A DNA stretch of 59,525 bases from Methylophilaceae bacterium (GCA_043772865.1 JAYVFU010000010.1:1-59525); one strand, 5' to 3'; counted from the stretch's first letter, positions 1 through 13,697 are shown. Made by a program: numbers and translations. The notes: generated from the letters alone by a model not told the origin.

Positions 1-1005
1 GACAGTGCCGGGGCGTATGCGCGCATATGGACCAATGCGTGCGTTTTCACCTATTCTCGCCTCTACAATATGTGTGTAAGGCGCAATAACAGTGCCTGCC
101 GCAATTACAGCGTCTTTAATGACACAATAAGCACCAATTTTCACACCTTCGCCTAGGCTCACATTGTCTTCAAATACGCATCCCACATCAATTTCTACAT
201 CTTTTGCTACTGTTAATTGCCCACGTACATCAATTCTTGCTGGGTCTGCCAAAGTCACACCTTGTTTAAGCAAGGCCTGTGCATAGCGTGTTTGATATAT
301 ACGTTCAATCTGTGCTAAATCTAGTTTAGAGTTAATACCGGTTACCGACCACTCATCCTTACTCAATTTAGCATTAACTTCAATCTCATCCTGCACAGCA
401 AAACATATAATATCGGTTAAATAATATTCGTTTTGTGCATTATTGTTTTGCAGACGCTCTAGCCAATTATTTAAATAGCTATTGGGCATAGCCATCATGC
501 CAGTATTGACTTCATTTATTGTGCGTTGCTCTGCTGTAGCATCTTTATGTTCCACAATAGCAATGACTTCATTGGCTACGTTACGTAAAATGCGCCCATA
601 ACCAGTTGGATCTGTTTTAGTAAAAGAGAGTAGGGTAAGTGATTGTTTTGATTGAGCTAATAATTCTTGGCAAATGCTAGCATCAACCAGAGGGACATCA
701 CCTAATAAAATCAAGGTTGTTGCGTCATCATCTAAAAATGGTAATGCTTGTTGTACAGCATGGCCTGTACCCAACTGTTCGAGTTGTTCTACCCATACTA
801 GATTTTCATGTTTAAAAGCCTGCTTCACCTGCTCGCTACCATAGCCAACAACTACAATAATTTTATCGGCACTCAGTTTTTTTGCGCAGCTAATAACATG
901 TTGCAAAATAGGTTGTCCAGCAACCTCATGCAAAACCTTAGGCTTATTGGAAAACATGCGCGTGCCTTTGCCCGCAGCAAGTATCACAACATTAAGTTTA
1001 TTCAT
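1..1005 (-). CDS. glmU: Bifunctional GlmU (UDP-GlcNAc pyrophosphorylase / GlcN-1-P acetyltransferase), N-terminal ~335 codons; C-terminus lies beyond the window start
   Basis: Absent from the ORF track because it is open at the window edge. Reverse translation from the ATG at 1005 gives MNKLNVVILAAGKGTRMFSNKPKVLHEVAGQPILQHV... with the nucleotidyltransferase LAAGKGTRM motif. It runs into hexapeptide-repeat (left-handed beta-helix) sequence toward position 1. Confidence 0.9.
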   Translation of the reverse strand, partial: MNKLNVVILAAGKGTRMFSNKPKVLHEVAGQPILQHVISCAKKLSADKIIVVVGYGSEQVKQAFKHENLVWVEQLEQLGTGHAVQQALPFLDDDATTLILLGDVPLVDASICQELLAQSKQSLTLLSFTKTDPTGYGRILRNVANEVIAIVEHKDATAEQRTINEVNTGMMAMPNSYLNNWLERLQNNNAQNEYYLTDIICFAVQDEIEVNAKLSKDEWSVTGINSKLDLAQIERIYQTRYAQALLKQGVTLADPARIDVRGQLTVAKDVEIDVGCVFEDNVSLGEGVKIGAYCVIKDAVIAAGTVIAPYTHIVEARIGENARIGPYARIRPGTV

Positions 1006-1048
1006 TTCGCCACTTTTACTTTATAAACCATACTTTAAAAGTATAAAC

Positions 1049-1075
1049 AAAAAAGGCAGCTAATAGCTGCCTTTT
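1049..1075 (-). terminator. Intrinsic terminator after atpC (hairpin ggcagct-aat-agctgcc flanked by an A6 run and a T4 run, so possibly bidirectional)
   Basis: The 7-bp GC-rich stem at 1055-1061/1065-1071 is read directly. On the minus strand it is followed by TTTTTT, 27 nt after the atpC stop. Confidence 0.7.
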
Positions 1076-1101
1076 CAATATTTGCTAACCATAGCTCACA
1101 A

Positions 1102-1527
1102 TTAATGGATATTTTTACGCAATTTCTGGATCATCTGAATCTGTGCTACTGCTTCTGCAAGTTCAGCTTGCGCTTTTGCATAATCAATATCAGATGTTCT
1201 GTTTCTCATTGCTTCTTCAGCAGCTTCTTTAGCTTGAATAGCTTTCGCTTCATCTAAATCTGCACCACGTACAGCCGTATCAGCTAATACAGTTACTAAG
1301 CCAGGCTGTACTTCTAAGATACCACCAGAAATGTAAATGTGCTGTTCTTCTGCTTCATTAGCCACTTTAATACGCAACGAACCTGCTTTAACTGTAGTTA
1401 TCATCGGCGCATGATGTGGGTAAATACCCACTTCACCTGCCGCAGCTGGAGCCACCACAAATTCTGCTTCACCAGAAAATATAGAAGCTTCAGCACTTAC
1501 CACATCAATATGTACTGTATTTGCCAT
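1102..1527 (-). CDS. atpC: F1 ATP synthase epsilon subunit
   Basis: 141-aa ORF ([25 protein letters not shown]...). It is the last gene in the canonical atpIBEFHAGDC order. Confidence 0.95.
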   Translation of the reverse strand: MANTVHIDVVSAEASIFSGEAEFVVAPAAAGEVGIYPHHAPMITTVKAGSLRIKVANEAEEQHIYISGGILEVQPGLVTVLADTAVRGADLDEAKAIQAKEAAEEAMRNRTSDIDYAKAQAELAEAVAQIQMIQKLRKNIH

Positions 1528-1574
1528 TTTAATTCCTATGCTTTTAACTAAAAACTAACCTCTAATAAATAGCA

Positions 1575-3026
<1,452 letters not shown>

Positions 3027-3070
3027 TCAGATACTTTAATAAAATTCTTTAATTACTAGATACTTTAAAC

Positions 3071-3937
3071 CTAAGCCACCGCTGCGGCTCCGCCAACTAT
3101 CTCTGAAATTTCTTTCGTGATCGCGGCTTGACGAGCCTTGTTGTAAACCAGTTTCAAATCACCAATCACTTCTTTAGCATTATCAGAAGCTGACTTCATC
3201 GCTACCATACGTGATGATTGTTCTGATGCCATATTTTCAGCTACTGCGTTGTAAACTAATGATTCGATATAACGCATCATTAAACTATCAATCACAGGCT
3301 TTGCTTCTGGCTCGTAAATGTAATCCCAATGACCATTTGAGCTACCAAGTGTTTCACCACTTAATGGCAACAACTGCACCATCGCAGGTTCTTGCTTCAT
3401 GGTGTTAATAAACTTGGTGTGGCAAATAAACAATTGGTCAATCTCACCAGCTGTGTAAGCATCTAGCATGACTTTTATTGTACCAATTAGTTTTTCCAAA
3501 TGTGGTACATCACCCAAACCAATAATGTTTGAGCGGACATTTGCACCGACACGGTTCATAAAGCCTAAGCCTTTATTACCAATCGCTGACACTTGAATGC
3601 CTTTGCCTTCCGCTTCCCAAGTTTTCATCTGGTTAACAGATAAACGCAACATATTGGTGTTTAAGCCACCACATAAACCTTTATCAGAACTCACCACAAT
3701 TAAACCGACATTTTTTACAACATCACGTTTAATTAAAAACGGATGTTTATATTCAGCTTGTGCATGTGATAAATGCGCTGCCACATTGCGTATTTTTTCA
3801 GCATACGGACGGCTAGCACGCATTCTTTCTTGCGCTTTACGCATTTTAGAAGCTGCAACCATTTCCATCGCCTTGGTGATTTTGCGGGTATTTTCTACCG
3901 ACTTAATCTTGGTTCTAATCTCTTTACTACCAGCCAT
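3071..3937 (-). CDS. atpG: F1 ATP synthase gamma subunit
   Basis: 288 aa with the N-terminus [36 protein letters not shown], typical of gamma. Confidence 0.97.
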   Translation of the reverse strand: MAGSKEIRTKIKSVENTRKITKAMEMVAASKMRKAQERMRASRPYAEKIRNVAAHLSHAQAEYKHPFLIKRDVVKNVGLIVVSSDKGLCGGLNTNMLRLSVNQMKTWEAEGKGIQVSAIGNKGLGFMNRVGANVRSNIIGLGDVPHLEKLIGTIKVMLDAYTAGEIDQLFICHTKFINTMKQEPAMVQLLPLSGETLGSSNGHWDYIYEPEAKPVIDSLMMRYIESLVYNAVAENMASEQSSRMVAMKSASDNAKEVIGDLKLVYNKARQAAITKEISEIVGGAAAVA

Positions 3938-3969
3938 TTTTAATCCTAAAAGTGATTGAGTGTCCGCAA

Positions 3970-5511
3970 TTAGTAAGCATTAGTTGCTTTAAAGTCTACA
4001 ATTGCAGCTTCAAGCGCTTTTTCATTATCACCACTTAAGTCTTTGCTAGATTCAATGGCATCTGCTAAAGCTTTATATTTAGAACCAATAAAGCCATGTA
4101 ATGCACCTTCAAAAGCTAATACCTTATTCGTTGGCACATCATCAAAGTGACCTTTATTTGCTGCGAACAACGAAATTGCCATATTTGATACGCTTAATGG
4201 TGCGTATTGCGCTTGTTTCATCAACTCAGTAAACATACGGCCGCGATCTAATTGTTTACGTGTTGCTTCATCCAAATCAGACGCAAACTGCGCGAAAGCT
4301 GCTAATTCACGATATTGCGCTAATGCCAAACGTACACCACCACCTAATTTTTTAATGACTTTAGTTTGTGCTGCACCACCCACGCGAGATACTGAAATAC
4401 CTGCGTTGATTGCTGGACGAATACCCGCATTGAACAAATCAGATTCCAAGAAAATTTGACCATCAGTGATTGAGATCACGTTAGTTGGCACAAATGCAGA
4501 AACGTCACCCGCTGCTGTTTCAATCACTGGCAATGCTGTGAGTGAACCAGTTTTACCTTTGACTGCACCATTAGTGAATTTCTCTACATACTCTTCGTTA
4601 ACACGCGCTGCACGCTCTAATAAACGTGAGTGAATGTAGAATACATCGCCTGGGTAAGCTTCACGACCAGGTGGACGGCGTAATAACAATGAAATTTGAC
4701 GGTAAGCAATCGCTTGTTTAGTCAAGTCATCATAAACGATTAACGCATCTTCACCGCGGTCACGGAAGTATTCACCCATGGTACAACCAGCGTATGGTGC
4801 TAAGAATTGGAGGGCTGCTGAGTCAGACGCTGCTGCTGCAACAACAATGGTGTATGCCATCGCGCCGTTTTCTTCTAATTTACGTACCACGTTAGCGATA
4901 GTAGAGGCTTTTTGGCCAATCGCAACATAGATACAGGTCATACTTTGACCTTTTTGATTAATGATGGCATCAATCGCTACGGCTGTTTTACCTGTCTGAC
5001 GGTCACCAATAATTAACTCACGTTGACCACGACCCACTGGTACCATTGAGTCAACTGATTTCAAACCTGTTTGCACAGGTTGTGAAACTGATTTACGTGC
5101 AATCACGCCGGGAGCTACTTTTTCAATCTTATCTGTCATTTTTGCATTAACAGGACCTTTGCCATCGATAGGCTGACCTAATGCGTTCACAACACGGCCA
5201 ATCAACTCTGGACCCACTGGCACTTCCAAAATACGACCTGTACATTTTACAGTATCGCCTTCAGTAATATGTTCATAATCACCTAGTACCACAGCACCCA
5301 CTGAATCACGCTCAAGATTAAGTGCTAAACCAAACGTATTACCAGGGAATTCGACCATCTCACCTGCCATGACGTTTGAAAGACCGTGAATACGCACGAT
5401 ACCATCGGTTACTGAAATCACTGTACCTTGAGTACGCGCTTCAGCTGAGGTAGAAAAATTTTCTAATCTGCTTTTAATCAGTTCACTGATTTCTGATGTA
5501 GATAACTGCAT
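3970..5511 (-). CDS. atpA: F1 ATP synthase alpha subunit
   Basis: 513 aa with Walker A GDRQTGKT. Confidence 0.98.
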   Translation of the reverse strand: MQLSTSEISELIKSRLENFSTSAEARTQGTVISVTDGIVRIHGLSNVMAGEMVEFPGNTFGLALNLERDSVGAVVLGDYEHITEGDTVKCTGRILEVPVGPELIGRVVNALGQPIDGKGPVNAKMTDKIEKVAPGVIARKSVSQPVQTGLKSVDSMVPVGRGQRELIIGDRQTGKTAVAIDAIINQKGQSMTCIYVAIGQKASTIANVVRKLEENGAMAYTIVVAAAASDSAALQFLAPYAGCTMGEYFRDRGEDALIVYDDLTKQAIAYRQISLLLRRPPGREAYPGDVFYIHSRLLERAARVNEEYVEKFTNGAVKGKTGSLTALPVIETAAGDVSAFVPTNVISITDGQIFLESDLFNAGIRPAINAGISVSRVGGAAQTKVIKKLGGGVRLALAQYRELAAFAQFASDLDEATRKQLDRGRMFTELMKQAQYAPLSVSNMAISLFAANKGHFDDVPTNKVLAFEGALHGFIGSKYKALADAIESSKDLSGDNEKALEAAIVDFKATNAY

Positions 5512-5566
5512 GTGTGCTCCTAATAGTTTTCTTTGCCTGTGGCACTCAAGCCCACTGTGTTTTAAG

Positions 5567-5626
5567 TTTAATACCTAGAAATTTAATATCTAGAAATTCA
5601 ATACGTAGTAATTTAATACTTAAACC
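5567..5626. repeat. Four head-to-tail 15-nt units in the atpH-atpA spacer
   Basis: The plus strand reads tttaatacctagaaa / tttaatatctagaaa / ttcaatacgtagtaa / tttaatacttaaacc. Units 1 and 2 are 14/15 identical. Confidence 0.8.
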
Positions 5627-5653
5627 AAATGCTAAATAAATTGCTATGCTTCA

Positions 5654-6190
5654 TTATGCAGTCAGCGTGTAGGCTAAGTTTTGTAATTGGCTTTTAACTG
5701 ATGCGTCTATCACGGTATCACCAACAATAATTTTCACGCCACCGATAAGTTCTGCGTCTACAGAAATCGTAGCATCTATCTTTTTACCGAACTTAGCTTC
5801 TAGTTTTTCAACTAATTGTTTGGTTTCTGCAGCACTTGGTTTAGCTGCCGCGATAATTTGTGCATCTAGCGTACCTTCATCCTGCGCTTTCAACTCTTCA
5901 AAAGAATAAGCAATAGCAGGCAAGATAGATAAACGACCGTATTCAATCAAAATCTTAATTAGATTTTGCCCATTTTCGTTCAGTTCATCGCCGCAGACTT
6001 TTAAAAAGCCCGTTTCCAATTCACTGCTCACTACTTTTGGGTCTTGAATGTAAGCACTCATCTGTACATCGCTTACAACCGCAGTTGCAAAGCTCAGCAT
6101 TTCAGACCATTTAGCCAAAGCATTCTGCTCTTTAGCTAATTTATAGCTAGCAACAGCATATGGTCTTGCAATGGTTGATATTTCAGCCAT
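5654..6190 (-). CDS. atpH: F1 ATP synthase delta (OSCP) subunit
   Basis: 178-aa ORF positioned between atpF and atpA. Confidence 0.93.
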   Translation of the reverse strand: MAEISTIARPYAVASYKLAKEQNALAKWSEMLSFATAVVSDVQMSAYIQDPKVVSSELETGFLKVCGDELNENGQNLIKILIEYGRLSILPAIAYSFEELKAQDEGTLDAQIIAAAKPSAAETKQLVEKLEAKFGKKIDATISVDAELIGGVKIIVGDTVIDASVKSQLQNLAYTLTA

Positions 6191-6252
6191 GTTTATCCTG
6201 TCCTATTTTTACTTAAGTGCTAATCTTAAACTATGACGCTTAAAACTAACTT

Positions 6253-6723
6253 TTAAAGTTCAGCTGCCAATTGTGACAACATATCGCTGTGTGCTTTAGC
6301 ATCAATTTCTTTGCGCAAGATTTTTTCAGCGCCAGCAACAGCTAATGCTGATACTTGTGCACGTAAACCTTCTTTTGCGCGATTTACTTCTTGATCAATT
6401 TCTGCTTTAGCACCAGCTAAAATGCGGTCGCCTTCAGTTTTTGCATTGCCTTTAGCGTCTTCTACAATTTGTGTCGCGCGTTTTTCGGCTTGACCTATAA
6501 TTTCTGTAGCTTTTTGTTTTGCTTCGTTCAATGTAACTTCTGATTTTTTAGCAGCAACTTCTAATGCATTTCTACCATCAGCAGCAGCAGCCAAGCCATC
6601 GGCGATTTCTTTTTGACGCGTTTCAATCGCTTTTAATAGCGGCGGCCAAACAAATTTCACAGTGAACCAAATCAACACAGCAAACGCAATCGCTTGCGCG
6701 ATAAGTGTGAAGTTAATATTCAT
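6253..6723 (-). CDS. atpF: Fo ATP synthase b subunit
   Basis: 156 aa with one N-terminal TM helix followed by a long charged helical region. Confidence 0.93.
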   Translation of the reverse strand: MNINFTLIAQAIAFAVLIWFTVKFVWPPLLKAIETRQKEIADGLAAAADGRNALEVAAKKSEVTLNEAKQKATEIIGQAEKRATQIVEDAKGNAKTEGDRILAGAKAEIDQEVNRAKEGLRAQVSALAVAGAEKILRKEIDAKAHSDMLSQLAAEL

Positions 6724-6788
6724 ATTTGTCTCACATTTAAATATTTAGAATTTAGATTTTGTTAATAACAAGCAACAAATAAATCTAA

Positions 6789-7100
<312 letters not shown>

Positions 7101-7146
7101 TTAAATAATTACTGCTTAAAACTGTTAAAACCAACAACAAAACTAC

Positions 7147-7962
7147 TTAATGTGATTCGTGCGCCATTGCCAAATAAACGACTGTCAACATCATGAAGAT
7201 AAACGCTTGTAATGCAACGATCAGAATATGGAATATTGACCAGCCTGCACCTAATATTGCGCCGAAAATTGTGCCTGAAATACCAGTAGCCGCCCACATA
7301 CCCAATAATAAGAAAATTACTTCACCAGCATACATATTGCCAAAAAGTCGTAATGAGTGTGACAATGGCTTTGAAATATATTCGATTAAATTAAATAGGA
7401 AGTTGAGTGGTAGCACCCAAAATTTAGAACCAAATGGTGAGTAAAAAAGCTCGTGTATCCAGCCGCCGAAACCTTTTACTTTAATTGCGAAGAAAATCAT
7501 TAGAATCCACACAGCTAGCGCCAGTGCGAATGTTGTGTTGATGTCTGAAGTTGGGACTGCGCGCCACTTTTCAAAACCAATGGCATGCATACCTTTAGCA
7601 AAAATATCAACTGGTAAGAAGTCCATTGCATTCATGGCAAACACCCATAAAAATACGGTTAATGCAGTTGGAGCAATAAAACTATGGCGATCGCCGTGAA
7701 AAATATTTTTAACTTGATCATCAATAAAACTAAACACTAACTCTACAAACGCTTGGCCTTTACTTGGCACACCTGCTGTTGCTTTGCGTGCAACAAGCCA
7801 AATAAAACCCATGACTAACACGCCCAAAATTACCGACATGATAAACGTATCGATGTTTAACATCCAGAAGCTTCCGTCGCCTATTGGCTTAACGTTAAAG
7901 CTTAAGTGATGCGCAATATATTCTGACGGGGTAAGTACTTCAGTTGCGTGTTCTGTAGCCAT
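7147..7962 (-). CDS. atpB: Fo ATP synthase a subunit
   Basis: 271-aa polytopic protein containing [15 protein letters not shown] (stator Arg motif). Confidence 0.96.
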   Translation of the reverse strand: MATEHATEVLTPSEYIAHHLSFNVKPIGDGSFWMLNIDTFIMSVILGVLVMGFIWLVARKATAGVPSKGQAFVELVFSFIDDQVKNIFHGDRHSFIAPTALTVFLWVFAMNAMDFLPVDIFAKGMHAIGFEKWRAVPTSDINTTFALALAVWILMIFFAIKVKGFGGWIHELFYSPFGSKFWVLPLNFLFNLIEYISKPLSHSLRLFGNMYAGEVIFLLLGMWAATGISGTIFGAILGAGWSIFHILIVALQAFIFMMLTVVYLAMAHESH

Positions 7963-8028
7963 AAATGTTCTTTAACTTTTTAGTAATCTAATTAAATTTT
8001 ATCTTTAAATAAGTGCTTAGTTTTGGCG

Positions 8029-8403
8029 CTAAATTTCATCTTTAAATTTAGATAAAGCTGCACCAGAAAACAGCGCTGCAGCCGCCAAACCAACAATTAG
8101 CGCAAATGGCACCAACTGTTTATATACTTTAAATGTTACAAACAATAGTACAAGAATACATAAAATCTTGACCGCTTCTGCTTTTAACAAATTGACCAAA
8201 ATTGCAGAAGCATCTTTTTTGTTTGCACTACGCTCTGCAATTCTAGATGCGATAAATGCGCTCAAAATAACAACACCTCCTCCAGCTAAAGCTGAAATCG
8301 CTGCGTGTAATCCTGAAATAAAAACAGCCAGAATAGCAACGGCTAATGTGGCAGTAGTTTGCACACGAAGCATTTTGCTAAAAACATTATCTTTATTTTC
8401 CAT
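8029..8403 (-). CDS. atpI: ATP synthase protein I
   Basis: 124-aa small hydrophobic ORF directly upstream of atpB. Confidence 0.8.
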   Translation of the reverse strand: MENKDNVFSKMLRVQTTATLAVAILAVFISGLHAAISALAGGGVVILSAFIASRIAERSANKKDASAILVNLLKAEAVKILCILVLLFVTFKVYKQLVPFALIVGLAAAALFSGAALSKFKDEI

Positions 8404-8521
8404 TTTTTTTCATTCCAATTAATCAACTTGCTTTACAACCAGTTGTGTAATTAAAAATGGGCTTTAGCAAAGTCCGCGATTTTGAATTATTAAGCAAGTT
8501 TAGTCAAGCATAATGAGTGAC

Positions 8522-9418
8522 TTAGCGTTGCAATATGGCAATAATTTCATCCAACTGGTCTAAATTGGCATAATTTATTTTTAACGTGCCCGCGCCGTTC
8601 GTTTTTGCGTTAATCACAACGCTTGCTCCTATTTTGTCACTAAGCGCTTCTTGCAAATCCAAAACGTCACGATTAGCAGATGTTTTATGTGTTGGTTCAG
8701 ATGAGGTTTTCTTATTTTCCGGATTAAATGGTGCGGTTAATAGCGTTTTTTTAACTAAATTTTCCGCCTCACGCACTGTTAAATTATTTTGTATGACTTG
8801 TTCTGCCAGCATCACTTGTTGTGCACCCTGCACCCCAAGTAGGGCACGTGCATGCCCCATGTCAAGCTTACCGACCATCAATAAATCCTGCACTTGTATG
8901 CTTAAATTAAGCAAGCGCAGCAGATTGGTTACTGCAGTACGTGATTTACCCACAGCATCCGCAGCTTTTTCGTGCGTCATATCAAACTCATCAATTAAAC
9001 GCTTAATACCTTGCGCCTCTTCCAGTGGATTTAGATTTTCACGTTGAATGTTCTCAATCAATGCCATTGCCAGCGCGGCTTCATCAGCAATTTCACGCAC
9101 TAGCACTGGCACTTGGTCTAATCCAGCTATTTTGCTTGCGCGCCACCGGCGCTCACCAGCAATAATTTCATACTGCTCATCAAGCTGTCCAACAACCACT
9201 AATTGGCGTACTAGAATTGGTTGCATAATGCCTTGTGCCTTAATGCTAGCCGCTAAAGTTTGCAGTGCAGCCTCATCCATATAACTGCGTGGCTGGTATT
9301 TACCAGGCCGTAATTGCTCAACTTTTAACATGCGCAATGAGTCGGCTTCACCCACGCTACCCATGTCACCCGCAAGTAGAGAATCCAGCCCGCGACCTAG
9401 GCCTTTTAGTTTCACCAT
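8522..9418 (-). CDS. parB: Chromosome partitioning protein ParB
   Basis: 298 aa with the ParB box IIAGERRWRAS plus an HTH region, sitting downstream of parA. Confidence 0.96.
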   Translation of the reverse strand: MVKLKGLGRGLDSLLAGDMGSVGEADSLRMLKVEQLRPGKYQPRSYMDEAALQTLAASIKAQGIMQPILVRQLVVVGQLDEQYEIIAGERRWRASKIAGLDQVPVLVREIADEAALAMALIENIQRENLNPLEEAQGIKRLIDEFDMTHEKAADAVGKSRTAVTNLLRLLNLSIQVQDLLMVGKLDMGHARALLGVQGAQQVMLAEQVIQNNLTVREAENLVKKTLLTAPFNPENKKTSSEPTHKTSANRDVLDLQEALSDKIGASVVINAKTNGAGTLKINYANLDQLDEIIAILQR

Positions 9419-9447
9419 ATTATTACTTGCCTCCCACTTTATCTGCT

Positions 9448-10236
9448 TTAGCTTGCATTTGTTTTAGTGCTGACATCCAAACCTCGCTGAATGATTTCGT
9501 GCGCCAACTCTAAATAGGCTACCGCGCCTTTAGAGGACTTATCATAAATTAGTACTGGCAAACCATAACTTGGTGCTTCAGCTAAGCGAATATTGCGTGG
9601 AATCACCGTTTTATAAACCTTGTCACCAAAATGGCTTAACAGCTGATCAGAGACTTGAGTGGCAAGCATATTACGATTATCAAAGAGGGTGCGTAATAAG
9701 CCTTCAATCTCTAGTACTGGATTTAAGTGAGCACGTACCTTTTTAATGGTATTAACTAAATCAGATAACCCCTCAAGCGCATAATACTCACACTGCATCG
9801 GAATCATCACCGCAGTAGCTGCCGTTAACGCATTAACGGTGACCAAATTTAGGGCAGGGGGGCAATCTAACAAGATATAATCATAGCTTTTGCTTAATTG
9901 CTTGATGGCTAACTTTAAGCGCGTTTCACGCGCCAACTCATTAACCAACTCCACCTCGGCACCCGCCAAATCGCGGTTAGACGGTGCAATGTCAAAACCG
10001 CCTTTTCCACATGAAACTACAACTTCACTCAAGTTTTTTTCACCAATTAGTACATGGTAAATACTATATTTTAAATGTGCTTTATCAATACCACATCCCG
10101 TGCTGGCGTTACCTTGTGGATCTAGATCGATCAGCAACACACGCTGCCCTATACTCGCTAAACTTGCAGCCAAATTGACGCTAGTGGTGGTTTTACCCAC
10201 CCCACCTTTTTGATTAGTAATCGCTAATATTTTCAT
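9448..10236 (-). CDS. parA: Chromosome partitioning ATPase ParA (Soj)
   Basis: 262 aa with the deviant Walker A NQKGGVGKTT. Confidence 0.96.
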   Translation of the reverse strand: MKILAITNQKGGVGKTTTSVNLAASLASIGQRVLLIDLDPQGNASTGCGIDKAHLKYSIYHVLIGEKNLSEVVVSCGKGGFDIAPSNRDLAGAEVELVNELARETRLKLAIKQLSKSYDYILLDCPPALNLVTVNALTAATAVMIPMQCEYYALEGLSDLVNTIKKVRAHLNPVLEIEGLLRTLFDNRNMLATQVSDQLLSHFGDKVYKTVIPRNIRLAEAPSYGLPVLIYDKSSKGAVAYLELAHEIIQRGLDVSTKTNAS

Positions 10237-10282
10237 ATGCTAATTTTTCGTTTTTATGAGCAAGTATTTATTCGCAATTTTT

Positions 10283-10936
10283 TTATTTTGTACTTACTTT
10301 ATTAATTACAATTAAATGTCGTTCTGCATCTAAACCAGCCACTTTTAAAACTTTGATTTCAGCAGGGATAATGCCCGCTTTTTCAAACTCGCGTTCCGGA
10401 ATAATGCCTTTCATGGCCAGCCATACGCCGTCATCCGTAAATAAATGTTGGGTCAGCTTAATGAACAAAGCAATTTCAGAAAAAGCGCGTGAAGTAATCA
10501 CCTCGAAACCTTCACCTGCATTTAAATCTTCAACTGTTTGATCTTCAATCCGCCCATGCACCGCATTAAAATTAGCTAGCTTTAACTGCGCTTTAGCTTG
10601 ACGCATAAAACTCACTTTTTTTTGCACTGCATCAATTGCTGTCACTTTTAACTCTGGCAAACAAATCGCCAACGGAATACTCGGCAAACCAGCCCCAGCG
10701 CCTACATCAAGCAAATTTTTGCATGTGATATAAGGCAGTACGCTTAAGCTATCTAATATATGCAAAGTTACCATGTCTGATTGCTCACGCACTGATGTCA
10801 GGTTATGCACCTGATTCCACTTATGAATTAATGCAACATAATCGAGCAGTTTTTTTTGCTTTTCTGCATCGATATGCAAACCCATTTCTAGCAAGCCACT
10901 TTCTAGTTTGTCTTTTAAGGCATTTAACTCGCTCAT
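10283..10936 (-). CDS. rsmG: 16S rRNA (guanine527-N7)-methyltransferase RsmG (GidB)
   Basis: 217 aa with the SAM motif [11 protein letters not shown]. It follows mnmG with a 4-nt ATGA overlap. Confidence 0.94.
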   Translation of the reverse strand: MSELNALKDKLESGLLEMGLHIDAEKQKKLLDYVALIHKWNQVHNLTSVREQSDMVTLHILDSLSVLPYITCKNLLDVGAGAGLPSIPLAICLPELKVTAIDAVQKKVSFMRQAKAQLKLANFNAVHGRIEDQTVEDLNAGEGFEVITSRAFSEIALFIKLTQHLFTDDGVWLAMKGIIPEREFEKAGIIPAEIKVLKVAGLDAERHLIVINKVSTK

Positions 10937-12858
10937 GCGATTTTTTCTACAGATTTAATCTCAACGGCACTACTTTGAATATGGCTATGACGAGACTGAC
11001 GCTTTAAGTAGACCAACAGCAATGAAATAGCGGCGGGGGTAATGCCAGAGATACGGCCTGCTTGACCTATAGTCTCTGGTTTTTGTGCATTTAGTTTCTG
11101 TTGTGCTTCAATGGGTAAGCCATGGATTTCGCAATAATCTAAATCTGCTGGTAATTTTGTGTGTTCTTGCCCGCGACTACGTGCCACCTCTTCAATTTGG
11201 CGATCAATATACCCTTGATATTTAGCCGCGATTTCTACTTGTTCGCACACGGCGGGATCTACATTGCCCACGCTATTATCTAAACTTAATACTTGCTCGT
11301 AGCTTACTTCTGGGCGACGTAATAATTCAAATAAGCTATATTCATGCTCTAAAGGCTTACCAAAAACCTCGGTCATTCTTTCTACAGATAAACTACTTGG
11401 CTGAATATAGGTTTTTTTCAAACGCGCTTGTTCAGTTTGCACCGCTTCTTGTTTGCGCTCAAATGCCGCCCAGCGCAGATCATCCACCAAGCCCAGTTTG
11501 CGACCTGTTTCAGTTAAACGCATATCTGCGTTATCTTCACGCAACTGTAAACGATATTCAGCACGGCTAGTAAACATGCGGTAGGGTTCGGTAACGCCTG
11601 TGGTGATTAAATCATCAACCAGCACCCCTAAGTAGGCTTCATCACGTGCTGGGCACCAAGACTCCTTGCCTTGACTATAAAGTGCGGCATTTGCGCCTGC
11701 TAGCAAGCCTTGCGCCGCAGCTTCTTCGTAACCTGTAGTACCATTAATTTGACCAGCAAAAAATAAACCTTGCACTGTCTTGGTCTCTAAGCTGCTTTTT
11801 AAAGCGCGTGGATCATAATAGTCGTACTCAATGGCGTAACCTGGTCGCAGAATGTGCGCATTTTCCAAACCCTTAACTGAACGCACAAATGCCAATTGAA
11901 TATCAAACGGCAAACTGGTTGAAATACCATTTGGGTAAATTTCATTCGTGGTTAAGCCTTCAGGCTCTAAGAAAATTTGGTGCGATTCTTTATCTGCAAA
12001 ACGGTGAATTTTATCCTCAACACTTGGGCAATAGCGTGGGCCAATGCCCTCAATTACACCTGTGTACATCGGCGAACGATCCAAGCCACTGCGAATAATA
12101 TCGTGTGTGCGCTCATTAGTGTGTGTAATCCAGCATGGTAGTTGGGCAGGGTGTTGCGCAGCATTGCCCATAAATGAGAATACTGGTACTGGCGTATCAC
12201 CAGGCTGTTCCTGCATTACACTATAATCAATGGTGCGCCCATCAATCCGTGGTGGCGTACCCGTTTTTAATCGACCTGCAGGCAAACCAATTTCACGTAA
12301 ACGCGCTGCGAGCGAGATAGCAGGGGGATCACCCGCACGGCCAGCGCTATAATTTTGTAGCCCTACATGAATCAAACCACCTAAAAACGTTCCCGCTGTA
12401 AGCACCACTGATTTTGATGCAAAACGTAAACCAATTTGCGTAACCACGCCAGCCGCACGATCTCCATCTAAAATGATGTCATCTACCGCTTGTTGGAAGA
12501 GCCATAAATTAGGCTGATTTTCCAAGCGACAGCGAATCGCCGCTTTGTATAAAAGACGATCCGCCTGTGCACGCGTTGCGCGTACCGCAGGACCCTTACT
12601 AGAATTCAAAATACGAAATTGAATGCCACCTTCGTCAGTTGCAGCGGCCATTACACCGCCAAGTGCATCAATCTCTTTAACCAAATGCCCCTTACCGATA
12701 CCACCAATACTCGGATTACATGACATTTGACCTAAAGTTTCAATATTATGTGATAACAATAAAGTCTTTTGCCCCATGCGCGCAGACGCTAGCGCCGCCT
12801 CTGTGCCCGCATGGCCGCCACCAACTACAATCACATCAAAAATATCTGGGAAATTCAT
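10933..12858 (-). CDS. mnmG: tRNA uridine-5-carboxymethylaminomethyl modification enzyme MnmG (GidA)
   Basis: 641 aa with the FAD-binding N-terminus [15 protein letters not shown]. Confidence 0.98.
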   Translation of the reverse strand: MNFPDIFDVIVVGGGHAGTEAALASARMGQKTLLLSHNIETLGQMSCNPSIGGIGKGHLVKEIDALGGVMAAATDEGGIQFRILNSSKGPAVRATRAQADRLLYKAAIRCRLENQPNLWLFQQAVDDIILDGDRAAGVVTQIGLRFASKSVVLTAGTFLGGLIHVGLQNYSAGRAGDPPAISLAARLREIGLPAGRLKTGTPPRIDGRTIDYSVMQEQPGDTPVPVFSFMGNAAQHPAQLPCWITHTNERTHDIIRSGLDRSPMYTGVIEGIGPRYCPSVEDKIHRFADKESHQIFLEPEGLTTNEIYPNGISTSLPFDIQLAFVRSVKGLENAHILRPGYAIEYDYYDPRALKSSLETKTVQGLFFAGQINGTTGYEEAAAQGLLAGANAALYSQGKESWCPARDEAYLGVLVDDLITTGVTEPYRMFTSRAEYRLQLREDNADMRLTETGRKLGLVDDLRWAAFERKQEAVQTEQARLKKTYIQPSSLSVERMTEVFGKPLEHEYSLFELLRRPEVSYEQVLSLDNSVGNVDPAVCEQVEIAAKYQGYIDRQIEEVARSRGQEHTKLPADLDYCEIHGLPIEAQQKLNAQKPETIGQAGRISGITPAAISLLLVYLKRQSRHSHIQSSAVEIKSVEKIA

Positions 12859-12985
12859 GCTTTAAATTCATAACTTTCAGCACTTTTTTGGCCAAAAAGT
12901 CTTTTATTAACAAAGAGGTGAAAGTTTAACGCAAACCAAGGCGCAGGTCATGTAAAACAACAAAATTTAGTCATTAAACCTGCAA

Positions 12986-13001
12986 TGTTTCACATGAAAC
13001 A
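12986..13001. other. parS centromere-like site (variant)
   Basis: tgtttcacatgaaaca matches the ParB-binding consensus TGTTNCACGTGAAACA at 15/16 positions. It is intergenic, upstream of mnmG. Confidence 0.75.
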
Positions 13002-13228
13002 ATTAACATAACACACTTAGTTTATTAAAAATGACAAATGAATTACAATTTTTTAACGTAGGGGTTATATTTTGTTAACAATATCGGGGTATATTTACTA
13101 ATGTGTTAGTAGGAAGCACTACGAAAGCTGCCTTATTCAATATTTTATCACTCGTGTAATTGGTTGATAACTCTTAATGGATGGCGCTTCAATATTAAGT
13201 ATTCAAACTCAAAAAAGAAAGAAATATA

Positions 13229-13669
13229 ATGAAAAAATTTAATATCGCATTGATTATTTTACTAGGTTTAACCGCATTTAGTACGCAGGCTGATGAAGCA
13301 AGTGCTGAGAAGCTAGCAAAAAAATATGAAGGTATTGCTAAAGGTAATGACGCCACTTACAAAGGTTTGTCTGCCGCCGATGGTGAAGCATTTTTTAATC
13401 AAAAAATCATGGTAAAAGGTAAAGAAGTTGCTTGCGCTTCATGCCATACTGCAAATCCTGCAGATGCTGGTAAACATATTGTGACAGGCAAGCCAATTCG
13501 CCCGTTATCACCGATTGTTAACCCGAAACGTTTTTCTAATACAGATAAAGTAGAAAAAAACTTCACTAAACATTGCAACGATATTATTGAACGTGATTGT
13601 ACAGCGCAGGAAAAAGGTAATTACATTGCTTATTTACTGACAGTTAAAGAACCAACTACCAAGAAGTAA
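13229..13669 (+). CDS. DUF1924-family periplasmic c-type cytochrome
   Basis: 146 aa with a signal peptide, a single CASCH haem motif, and the family-typical GKPIRPLSP..NPKRF..KVEKNFTKHCNDII.R.CT..EK. Confidence 0.85.
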   Translation: MKKFNIALIILLGLTAFSTQADEASAEKLAKKYEGIAKGNDATYKGLSAADGEAFFNQKIMVKGKEVACASCHTANPADAGKHIVTGKPIRPLSPIVNPKRFSNTDKVEKNFTKHCNDIIERDCTAQEKGNYIAYLLTVKEPTTKK

Positions 13670-13697
13670 GTTTATAACTTATAAATAAGGAAGACTG

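Noticed and set aside
3597-3959. Antisense shadow ORFs in the track, including this one. Others are 2171-2383, 2719-2931, 8586-9047, 9048-9284, 23384-23803, 29852-30268, 30175-30540, 44904-45185, 46079-46444 and 50609-50938.
   Set aside because: Each lies wholly inside a strongly supported conserved gene on the opposite strand. Each has low-complexity or Cys/Ser/Arg-rich composition typical of reverse-frame translation.
12859-13228. E. coli-style oriC position upstream of mnmG (gidA)
   Set aside because: It contains a parS variant, but I found no match to TTATCCACA at 8/9 or better and no clustered AT-rich 13-mers. The strand switch is 6 kb away at rpmH/dnaA.
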